A stretch of 64,000 bases of DNA. It comes from Veleropilina oligotropha (lineage: Eukaryota). The notes under the pieces are model-generated. The model was not told the origin of the DNA. It saw nothing but the letters and a program-made list of their open reading frames with translations, and made no database searches. Positions 37,601 to 49,600 of the stretch are shown piece after piece; the first letter of the stretch is position 1, and the number at the start of each line of letters is the position of its first letter. Both the position numbers and the translations under genes were made by a program. Where the stretch lies: NCBI GenBank assembly GCA_048128005.1, contig JBEUKZ010000096.1, positions 1 through 64,000 of the forward strand. The letters are read 5' to 3'.

Positions 37601-40600
37601 GGACACTACACTTTTAGATCTCGGGTGTGGTCCGACCTTCAAGATGGCCGCTTCGGCAGTGCAGTGGGTAGAGTGTCCACTCTAAATTCACTGTTTTGAT
37701 TCCGCTAATGCGAACAGTAGTGGGTTCAATACCTGGCTGAGGCATTGACATTTGTTCAATTTATGAATCACAGTTGTCCGCGTCTGGCCGAAGAGGGCGG
37801 GTTTACCCGGGCGACCGGGGTTTCCTCCCGCGATAACACGGATATGTCCTGCCTTGAACCTCGATGTTGTAAATATACAGGACATTAAGCATCATTCCTC
37901 CCTCCTCCGACTTTCAAGATGGCCGCCGTCAAGAATTTCCTCGTGATCGCTCTAGACAGGCCATTTCTTAATGGGATGTTTTCAAATTTGGTATGTGCTT
38001 TGATTTTGGGTGTGGTCCGGCCTCCACAATAGCCTCTGTGGCCTCCATCTTGGATTTTAAAGCTTAATTCCTTGTGATCGCTCTAGACAGGTCATTACCG
38101 GGGGATACATATGCGGTCACTCGTGACTGAGCATCTAGTTTATCTTGGAAACCAATGGTGTCCCCTATTTATTATTCGTGCGATGACAGTGCAGAGACAT
38201 TTAATTCAAATATTACTGTGTAATCTCATCTCATTGTAGCAGCTTTCAATTTGCCCGCAATGTATATGAAAGCAGTTATTGAAATATTATTAATATATAT
38301 GTGATTGCTATCATAGTTAATACTGCATTTAATATGAGTGGCATTGATTAAGTAGGCTGACTATTGTGTTGTGACACGAATGACCTCATTGCCTGTGAGG
38401 TTTTCACAGCACCTGCCAGTCAGCTGCTGGATGATAACATTCAGTGTATAAAACATGGTAGGAGTATGTAGATTCTTCATACATCTGCCATTGACGGCTC
38501 CCAATTCACAGGTCTGATTGCTCTGATTCACAGAAGTGCATTCCAGTTCTCGATTGAGCATTTTCTTCAATTATCAGTTGCAGGTGTTCGTAACTTGCTG
38601 CTGGTCGATGATATTTCAAAAATTGCTTCTTATTGCCAAAAGCCAACCAATTCCCAAAATTTATTTTAGATCCGTAAATACCATTTTAAAGTAATCCTGC
38701 TGCCAAACAAGCCAACAAATAGTTAAATGAATGGTGTCAAAACATAACCTCCTTGACAGAGGTTACAATAATTGTCCAATTTTGTCAATCCATCATGGTC
38801 TTAGATGTAAGAGATTGAAATATGAATACATCAATTATTTGAATTGGTCACTGGAGATTTTACTATAACTCCTCCAGAGAAGCCATGATTTATATTTTTC
38901 TTTTAATAAATAAATGTTTTGCTTGCAAGGTTATAAAATAAGCTATCACGCTTTGATAATAAGAATTGTGAACTGTAAGAATAAGTGGCAGTTCATTCAA
39001 AACATTAGTTTATCCCAGATTTCTGTACATCTATTTATCATTATTGGTTGCTCTTCCAGACGGCTAATTAAGAAGATCGATGTGCAACCGACTGATAGAC
39101 TGAAGACCATGCACGACATGATGCGCGATCTGGAGGCCAAGGAGAGCGGCCCGTGCGGCGGATACTCCCAGATGTACGCCTGCATGTGCGACTACCACGG
39201 CCTGCCATACAGGGACGAAGTGCAATGGGTAGGAACCACCGTTATGAATAACTCGAATATACGACCACATTGGCTAAAAATGAGATTGTGATTAGGCTCA
39301 GGATGATATGAGTAATATATGTCTGTGATGTGCAATGGGTAGGCAGTCGTGCAAAATAATCTGTGTTAACACCGATAGGATTTGCAGGCACATATATACA
39401 TGTATGTGTTTATTGGGTAGGGAGGAAAATGCGACTTAAGATTTTCTGTGCCTATAATATGACTAGTGCCATTGCTGGGCATTTACTGCGGATTCCATCT
39501 TTTGTATTTCAAAATCAATCCACCTTGCGGTTCGGAGACTTTGCTGCGGAATCATTTTCAACTTTCTTTAAACGATAATTTTACTCAATATGGTCATAGG
39601 TGCTTCATGCAAAAAGGGATAAAAAATCGAATATGAAGGTTAAAATTCTTTAATGTTTTAAGGATTTATTGTTGTAGATTTCCTTATTAACAATCGAAAC
39701 AGTACCTCCATACTATAATATTCAGATAGCACCATCGTTTTGTTTATGTGCCAATCCTGCATAGTATACGTCTGTTATAACAGGATGTGGACACTATCTA
39801 TCTATCCCAAGATTCCAGAGAGCTTTGTTTACGAGACTTCGACCACTTAGAAACAAGGTAAGTATAAGCAACAGGTTGTCTTCCTTGGTTATGTGCCATA
39901 TAGCCAGTTAATGCACATCATTGTCGTATTCTATACAGTCATGCAAAAATATATTAAACGTTAACTGGGACGGTAAGATGTAAGTTCAATTCCCGTTCCT
40001 GGGTGGCTTTTTTAACGTTTGGGAGGACTACTAAGGGATGGCTTAAAAACTGGTAACGCGCCCCTTTAAGCCGAACCGAGGTTACGACCACAGAACTGAT
40101 ATGCCTGAAAAATTGACGTAAAATTAAAACTGATTCACCTCACCATAAAAAAAACATTCATTCGAAATTACTATGAAGGGGCAGTCCATTTTATTCCAGG
40201 TCACTCCGACAGTAGTGTAGTTTCGGTTGCAGAGCCTAAAATCACCGGCCTTTCCTATATGGACATGTCCTGATGGTTGTATACAGGATATTAAGCATCG
40301 ATTCAATCCAAGCTATTATATTCCAACCACCACAAAGTTTTAAGATACTATCAGTGAGAAGGAGTGCTTTATAAATATATCTTTTTTGTATTAAACCTAT
40401 TATTATATTTTAATTCATATTAACATTAATAATATATTTACCCCTACAAGTGTTACCAAAAAGCACTATTGTTCATAAGTATTGTTTGTTGTGCATATAT
40501 TAGTAGCAATATACTCTACGTCATTACCTATGCCATAATAGCCCTATTATCGCTAAACCGGAAACTGTGAAAAAGCGTTTCACTTTCATTTAAACTTACA

Positions 40601-43600
40601 CGCTTACCCCCCCTGCTCACCTCTCTCGCGTTCCTCCCACGAGATCTGCCCAAGTCTCGCGAGACCTCAGAGACCAAGACAGATCTGGTATCCTTTTAAA
40701 GTCTTCCGTCAGTCTGTCCGGACGTGCTTTTCAGTAGTCAAGAAATTAGACTATCAGAAGTTACTTTTAAATAAGTTTCTGTCGCACAATATTGTGCCAT
40801 TCATATATATATATGAACTGAAGACGTATTAAACTGTGTTCGGAGTATTCGGCCGAATTTACAAAGATTTAAAAGTTGTGAGATTCTGGCCACGAGGTTT
40901 TCGGCCCGCCATCTTGGAATTTACGATGTAAAGATCTAAAGAGGGCCGCTCAGGAGGGAACGTTCTTCAAGCAGGAAAGCTTCGCATAGGCGAATCCTTT
41001 CATAGCAGGAAGTGTTTGTGTTCTAATATTGCTTGAAATTACTTGTAATTCATTTATATATTAGATAATTCCTTAGCGGCGCATCTTGCTTAAATTCTTA
41101 GTAACCTTGTTCAATCGAATTTAGCGTCGCTAACAAGGCAGATATTTAGGTATTAACGTGCGTTATTTGGCCTATCTGCCGAATCTGGGATATTTCGCCA
41201 AAGCTCTAACCTTTTGAAATAAACATCCACGAGGTTTTCAGGTGTTTACAGGCGGCTGTTCTATATATAGCCTCCTACTAACTATATATCCGCCTCATTC
41301 AATTTGTTAGTGTCCGACAAGCCGTTTTAATAAAGCTTGTACGTCGGGCTTGGTTTATATTCTAGTCGGGTTACTAGTCTGTTCTTCGGTTGTACCGAAG
41401 TGTGATTCATAACATTTAGGGTCAATATCCGGTCTTTTCCTTTATACTCGGATTAGAGACCCCTATATAAGGTGTAGTAGTTTAACACGAAGCGTACTAC
41501 CCGGATATCCCTATATTCCCGGTTCCCACTACCTTTCCTACCCGTGTAACAGCTATGGTCCGTTGCAGTGAGCCTGAGTGTAACCAAAAGATACACAGCT
41601 TCGACAAGCATTCGGTATGTCGCATTCACCGTAGTTGTGCTAAGAGATACCCCTGTGCTAAATGTCTACTTTTAACGGATCGGCAGTGGGCGCTCATCTA
41701 CCCACCAGGGACGACGGCTACCAGGGAGTCCGTCTCTGTTGGGCTTCCCCCGGAAAAACAGACGACGGGTAAGTCAGGGCTAATTTCTACTGATTCGTCT
41801 GTTTTAGGGACGCGAAGCGACCAGCGAACTGGGGCATCGCAGGTTGCAGGACCCGCCGACGAAACCGCTACGGTTTTGGGGAAAACCGTGGAAACCTCGC
41901 CGGCGTCCCAGGTTCAAGTCCAGGTAAGAGGAGCCCGAGCGCTGTCCGTTTCTCCTCGTACTACGGGCCTAGTAGCTGCGTCCACTAGTGCCATGCCGGC
42001 TAGCATGGTACACCGGACCTTACAGCGAACAGCTGAGCAGGGCAGGCTATCCCCTTCCTCTCTTTCGGCCTCGGAAGAGCAGGGGACGGCTAGTCCTTCT
42101 GTCACAAGTGGTGTGCCGTGCGGCATACTGCGGACGGCAGAGCAAGTTGGAACAGTTGCCGGACACCACCAAGGTGGTTTAAGATCCGGACCACCAACGA
42201 CACCCGACTCACTGGCCGATGGTGCGACCGACCCTCCCCAGGGTTCGTCCTTACACCTCGGAGCTCCCAGTCTTGTCGGAGGGCCCGCCGACTCCCCTGA
42301 CCCCTTTGGGCTCAGACTAGTTGGCGCGGACGGACCGGCTGCGTTCGGGATGGGTATGTACGCGGGAGCTTCCCCCGTCTACCCCCTGAACAGAGCGGCG
42401 ACCCCCACGGGACTGTGGCCGCAGTCTTTCGGGAGTCGCGCTCCGGTTAACACGCCTTTTGGCCCGTTCTCCGCGAGTACCCGCTCGTCAGGTGATGTGA
42501 GACCCTGGTTCTCATATCAATCTGGCCCAGCAGCCCGTCTACCATGCGCCACGATGTCCTCGAGCGATCCACTGGCTGTTGGATCGACGCCCGTCTTGCC
42601 TGTTGGTCTCTCTTTGGAGAGCGTCCATGCAATGATTGCGGCGGAATTCGAGGCCCGCAGTAGGGCCTGGCTACCGGCTGTTCAGCCGCCCCAGGTCTCT
42701 GCTCCTCTGCTCGTGGCCCAGAGCACGGCTCCTGCCTCGGTGATGGAGGTCGACCCTCGTTCCGACGAGGACGTCCCCTCCGATCGCTCCGATCTTCTTG
42801 AATCGGTCGGTCCCGATGACTCTCGTAGTCAATCAGGCTTGCAGGAGCCGATCTCCGCCACCCGCCGAAGACACGACGCCGTCGCGTCGCTTCGCGGGGT
42901 GCTAGATCTACCCGACCCGGCTGGTCCGGTAGGTATGATCAAGCACAGGACGGCAGCACACCGTTTTGCTGAGTCGGAGGCTCCCCAGCTTCCCGTACTC
43001 CCCCAGTCTGGCTTGGTGGATCTGGTTCTGGATCAGACCACCCGGGCCATTCAGGGAGGCAAGACAGTGGAGACGTCTTCTCTCACGGAGTTCCCTCGGG
43101 GCCTCCGTAGAGGAAGATACCTCCGGCCTAGTTCGCGACCGTTGCCGATCGCGCTTTCTGAGCCGTGCCTGGTGGCTGAGCCAGCACAGATTGACGTAGC
43201 GATGCGTCGTCTGTCTGCCAGTCAAGCTCCCTCGGTAGCGAAGGTACCATGGGCCGCCATGGATGCCTTCGAGAGCTGTGCCCGACGAGCTCTGCGGCTG
43301 TCGTCTGTTCAGGACTCGTTCCTGGACGGTGCGATAGCCGTTCTACAGGAGGACCGACCCGGCGCTCGCGAGACCGCCCTGTCCTTCCTCCACGAGGTTG
43401 CTGCCGCAACGGAGAACAACGCGTTGGAGTCCGCGCGTGTCTTGGGCAATGCGCTCCTACTTCGTAGGGACGCCTGCCTCGAGGGTACATCGTTAGATGA
43501 CGCCACCCGGCGTTCTCTGCGATGTGTGCCCTTGTCGGCCCCGACTCTCTTCGGAGGCGAGTTCACCGAATTCGTCGACAAGAGAGCCGTTGAGCTGAAA

Positions 43601-46600
43601 GATCGTGCGATTGAGCGCGCAGTATTGACTACCCCTCGGGGTACTCAACCTGCCCCCTCAAGGAAGCGTTCGGCCCCGACTCGGGGCGCGAAAGCTTCCA
43701 AGCGTGCCAGACCTTCTCGGGGTGGGCCTCCGGCCCGGAAATCCAGCGAGAAGAAAGGCCCTCCAACTAAATCCCGTCAGAGCGGGAGAGGGAAGCCGTC
43801 ACGGCCCTAGGGTTGCCGGCACTCGCGACGTGCTCAGCTGCGCGCTCCCGCCGGTGGGAGCGTGCCTGTTAGGCTACAGCCAGACGTGGCTAGAGTTAAC
43901 AGACAGCAGCTGGGTCCACTCAGTCGTGAGTGCTGGATACAAGTTGAGTTTCAACCGGCATCCAACCCTATCCGTGACACCACCACCAAGACACGCTCGC
44001 CTCCTTCAAGGAGAGAAGCAAGCGGTCTTAGACCAGGCAGTGCGGGACTTACTCTTAAAAAGAGCCATCTATCCCGCGCCGCCCAGCACACCAGGATTTT
44101 ACAGCCATTTCTTCCTGGTCCCGAAACCCGATGGCCGCTGGAGACCGATCCTCGATCTCTCGCACCTCAACCGCTATTTGCGTACCGAGAAGTTCCAGCA
44201 AGAAACGCTCTCGAAGATACGAGCGGCCATCCGTCCGGGCGACTGGGCAGCGTCTATCGACCTGACAGATGCGTACTTACACGTTCCGATGCATGCCTCG
44301 GCTCATCAGTACCTCAGGTTTATACACGGGGGGACGATCTACCATTTCAGGTGCCTACCGTTCGGTCTATCGTCAGCCCCCTACGTCTTCACGCGGGTAG
44401 TACAGGCCCTCGGGGCCTTCCTACACTCGCTAGGGCACAGAGTACACATGTATCTCGACGACTGGTTGATTCTCGGGGCGTCCCGGGATCGGTGCCTCCA
44501 GTCTATGAGCGTTACCCTGTCATCGGCGAAGCGCCTAGGATTACAGATCAACAACGAGAAATCCTGCTTCGTGCCCTCGACGACGTTTACGTTCCTCGGA
44601 GTCGTCTTCGACACGGTCCGGTACACCGCGAAGCCGACCGACAAACGTATCGTGAACCTACGCGCAGTTATCCAGGACACACGGTCATCGGGGATAGCCA
44701 CGGCGCGACAACTGGCCACTGTCCTGGGGCACATCGAGTCGGTAGCGCCCCTGCTACCGACAGGACGAATGGACAAACGACCGTTACAGCAGGCCTTCAG
44801 GGACCGCTGGGTGCAACGGACGGGACAGTGGACGGATCGTATAGATCTTCGGCATTGGTTCAATCACTCGACAGCAGTGTGGCTGAACCCTGCATTGCCG
44901 AGCCAGTCGGTTCCCATTTCCCCGCCAGAACCGAACGCCTTCCTATACACGGACGCTTCGAACGAGGGCTGGGGAGGTCACCTCGACAGTCACGAGACAT
45001 CGGGCCTTTGGCCGACGGACCTGCAGGGACGACACATAAACTATCTAGAACTAGAAGCGGTCTACCTGACAGTACGGTCCTCCTCGTCACATCTCCGCAA
45101 CAAGCACATACTGCTCGCCACGGACAACACGACTGTCGTCGCATACGTTCAACACCAGGGCGGCACTCGCTCGCGTCCCCTATGCGACCGAGCAATCAAC
45201 CTACACCGCTTAGTGATGTCCCTCAACTCGACGATACGAGCACGACACATCCCGTGAATATTGAACGTCCGAGCGGACTCGCTCTCTCGGAAATCGCAGA
45301 TTATACACACAGAGTGGACGCTACACAGCCGTGTTGCTCGGGAGGTTTGCCGCCGGTGGTCTCAACCCCAAGTCGATCTGTTTGCAACAGAGTTCAATCA
45401 CCGACTCCCTCTGTATGTCTCCCCGTACCCGGACCCGGCCGCCCTTGCGGTCGACGCGTTGTCAATGACATGGGAGAATCTGATCGCGTACGCCTTCCCC
45501 CCGTCGTCCATATTACGACTTGTACTACAGAAGGCAGCGCGAGACCGCTGCGAGATAACGCTAATAGCGCCCCTAAATCACACGCAGTCTTGGTTTCCGA
45601 CTCTTCTCGATCTAATCGTCGATCGACCGCTTGCGTTACCGCAAAGGCCGGACCTGCTAATGCAACCACGCTCACGGGTGTTACACCCGTCGCCAAACGA
45701 ACTTCGTTTACACGCATGGCGGTTATCGAACGATCGCTTGTTGAGAAAGGATTTTCTCGCGCTACAGCCCTCCGCATTTACCGATCGCGAAGACAATCTA
45801 CATCTAAAGTCTATGACTACCGATGGGTCAAATATGTGGATTGGTGTCACAGGCGGGAGGTTAATATACTCCGTCCCCCTGTGAACAAATTTATCGAGTT
45901 CATTACGTCGTTATTCGAACGAGGACTTTCTGTTTCGGCCGTCAAAGGTTATCGGGCCTCTATCTCGACTACACTTAAACAATGTCGTTCCCGAATTGAC
46001 TTATCGTCAGACCGTACTATTTCTGATTTAATCAGGTCCTACGAACTCGAAAGACCGATTTCTCTGGCGCGGCCGCCAGCATGGAATATTATCCTTATAC
46101 TTAATGCTCTGCTCGAAAGCCCGTTTGAGCCGTTACGTATTGCTTCCATACGTAACCTTACTTACAAAACCGTATTTCTAATTGCGTTTGCGTCGGGCAA
46201 AAGGGTTTCTGAGATACATAGCTTCTCAGCAGAGCTCCGTGATATTAGATTCCAGTCTGACGGATCGGTCATTTTACGTCCTATATTAGGATTTATTGCT
46301 AAAAACCAGCGGCCAGGCGATATTGCTCCAGAAGTCGTTATTCCTACGCTTTCTATTGTCGGTAGAAATGATATCGATCGACTCAACTGCCCGGTGCGCG
46401 CGCTTCGCTACTATCTGGACCGAACACGTGACTTCCGTCGTGGCAAAAAACGCTTATTTATTTCGTATTTGCCAAATTTCACCCGCGATGTATCGAAGAA
46501 TACTATCTCGAGATGGATATGTCGGACGGTTCAGCAGATTTACTCTAATTCCAATGAAGCTGACCGCAACCTTATTGCGGTCCGTGCCCATGAAACAAGA

Positions 46601-49600
46601 GCGATATCGACGAGCCTGGCATTCAGACATTGTCTGAATATTACCTCCCTGCTACAAGCAGGGTATTGGAGAAATCCGAACGTGTTTGTGAAACATTATT
46701 TACGCGATTTCTCGACTGGCGCGGATGGTTTGTCCAGTATTCAATGTGTTGCGGCGCAACACTGCATTACCAGGACATCTAGGTTACATACACGGTGACA
46801 GGTATTGTAAACAATTAATTGTAATTATACAGTCACTCCGCATTTATGTGCAACTCTATTGTGTAGCTTGCTAACATTTAGTGTTGTTTTCTTTGTGTTG
46901 TCTGCAGTCCAATATTGCTATTTATGGACTGAGACTAAATTGTCAGATCTGAGTTCACATGACACATGCCACTCACATTGAAAGTAGACATTTATAATGC
47001 TAAATCTTAAAAGGGTTTTTTTAGATTTTGATATTATTGAAGTTAATTTGCTGTTATGAGCTTACGGTGTTGCGACATTGAAAAATTTAATATCATTCAA
47101 TCTTTAAATATTCTTTAAGTAACATGGGGACATGTTTGCATTTCGCTATTTGGTCAAGCGAATTTATGATTAATATGGAATATAATATGTACGTGTATAT
47201 ATTATTTATATCTATTAATTATTGCATAACTGGTTACATTCACAACCTTTTCAGGTACTGTATGTTTGTCGCAAGTTGACTGCATCTTTTGGTTACCGGC
47301 CTCGACGCCCAGGGTTTACTAAAAGCTGCTTCGGTCCATGACATCTAAGTCCTACAGGATTTATCCTCCGGCCTTGCCTGGGGCTGATTGCACTTTCGCG
47401 TCACCTTGTCCGACTAACACCTCTGGCGTTTTTTCCCAGGTTCATTGGTCAAAATTCTGTCGGGGTAAGGGTAGAATTGTAATACTCAGTAATTCCATCC
47501 TGAGCGGACGCGAGTCGGCGATACTAGCTGTCTCCATGGTGACAAGTAAGTAACTTGTTTGGGTATTAATTTCGTTAGAACTTAGCCCACCGTCCAAAGT
47601 TATTCTGGCATAGGTAATGACGTAGAGTATATTGCTACTAATAAGAGGTTTTTAGGTAAACCTAGTATTAGTTAGAATATACTTACGTCATTACACGTCT
47701 ACCCACCCTGCTCATGGCATTCGCATCCAACCCCTCTTGCTAAGTTCCTCTACGCACACTGCAGATTCCTCTGACTTAAAAAGGATACCAGATCTGTCTT
47801 GGTCTCTGAGGTCTCGCGAGACTTGGGCAGATCTCGTGGGAGGAACGCGAGAGAGGTGAGCAGGGGGGGTAAGCGTGTAAGTTTAAATGAAAGTGAAACG
47901 CTTTTTCACAGTTTCCGGTTTAGCGATAATAGGGCTATTATGGCATAGGTAATGACGTAAGTATATTCTAACTAATACTAGGTTTACCTAAAAACCTCTT
48001 ATTAGTATTTATTTACAACATTTAATCATATCTTCAGCCGACTATATTACTTTTTGTCTCGCCCCGAAGGAAAGCGAGACATAAGGGATTGCTTTTTCCG
48101 GCGGCGGTGTCGTCCTGTCATTTTGGTTAAAGTTTTTCATTGAGTGTATATGGCTTGCTCAAGGCACATTTTGGCATATATATGCTTTGTTATTGGTTGT
48201 ATGGATGTCACCTGATGCAGTGATATTGAATAAATTTTAATATAATTAATGGAACTATAGTGGTCTTTTGGGACATAGAAATTTAGGCAAATTTCAGGTT
48301 AAAATTTTCGGTTAAAGTTTTTCATCAAATGTATATGGCTTGCTCAAGGCACTTTTAGGCATATATATGCTTTGTGATTGGTTGTATGCAGGGACCGCCC
48401 TAGCCGCTCGCCAACGCGCATTTGCGCTAAAATTGGACACATGGCGATTAAATTTACTAAATGGCTATTTTGTTGGCGCGCCTATAAACGATATGATAAA
48501 TGAATACAAACTACTTTAAAATATTCTTTCGTTTCAATTCAAATACTAGTACTTTAATACAGCTCTTAATCTTTGCGTCGCCGCGACCGTTGTCAAATGT
48601 AATCCGCCATTGTTGTGTATCGACATTTTCGTGCTCTCGCAGCGAGTATATCGATTATACTCGGTATGTTACCGTACAATTCCGCTCACGGGTGTTACAC
48701 CCGTCGCCAAACGAACTTCGTTTACACGCATGGCGGTTATCGAACGATCGCTTGTTGAGAAAGGATTTTCTCGCGCTACAGCCCTCCGCATTTACCGATC
48801 GCGAAGACAATCTACATCTAAAGTCTATGACTACCGATGGGTCAAATATGTGGATTGGTGGGAGGAACGCGAGAGAGGTGAGCAGGGGGGGTAAGCGTGT
48901 AAGTTTAAATGAAAGTGAAACGCTTTTTCACAGTTTCCGGTTTAGCGATAATAGGGCTATTATGGCATAGGTAATGACGTAAGTATATTCTAACTAATAC
49001 TAGGTTTACCTAAAAACCTCTTATTAGTATTTATTTACAACATTTAATCATATCTTCAGCCGACTATATTACTTTTTGTCTCGCCCCGAAGGAAAGCGAG
49101 ACATAAGGGATTGCTTTTTCCGGCGGCGGTGTCGTCCTGTCATTTTGGTTAAAGTTTTTCATTGAGTGTATATGGCTTGCTCAAGGCACATTTTGGCATA
49201 TATATGCTTTGTTATTGGTTGTATGGATGTCACCTGATGCAGTGATATTGAATAAATTTTAATATAATTAATGGAACTATAGTGGTCTTTTGGGACATAG
49301 AAATTTAGGCAAATTTCAGGTTAAAATTTTCGGTTAAAGTTTTTCATCAAATGTATATGGCTTGCTCAAGGCACTTTTAGGCATATATATGCTTTGTGAT
49401 TGGTTGTATGCAGGGACCGCCCTAGCCGCTCGCCAACGCGCATTTGCGCTAAAATTGGACACATGGCGATTAAATTTACTAAATGGCTATTTTGTTGGCG
49501 CGCCTATAAACGATATGATAAATGAATACAAACTACTTTAAAATATTCTTTCGTTTCAATTCAAATACTAGTACTTTAATACAGCTCTTAATCTTTGCGT

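Larger units (their letters stand above)
40498..48007 (+). mobile_element. Full-length DIRS1-type tyrosine-recombinase retrotransposon in CARMIL intron 7
   Basis: 187-bp ITRs (40517-40703, 47773-47959). Internal complementary region 47606-47694 complementary to both termini. Three ORFs. TATTAGTA at both ends. Confidence 0.97.

Noticed and set aside
37646..37740. Possible tRNA gene (also SINE heads near 7070-7270, 7610-7850, 9095, 27500, 28900, 39960, 59130)
   Set aside because: A/B boxes are present but no cloverleaf; followed by SINE body, tail and, in the clearest copies, a TSD.
41914..46637. Many short or antisense ORFs within the DIRS element
   Set aside because: Expected shadow ORFs of GC-rich coding sequence; no recognisable motifs.
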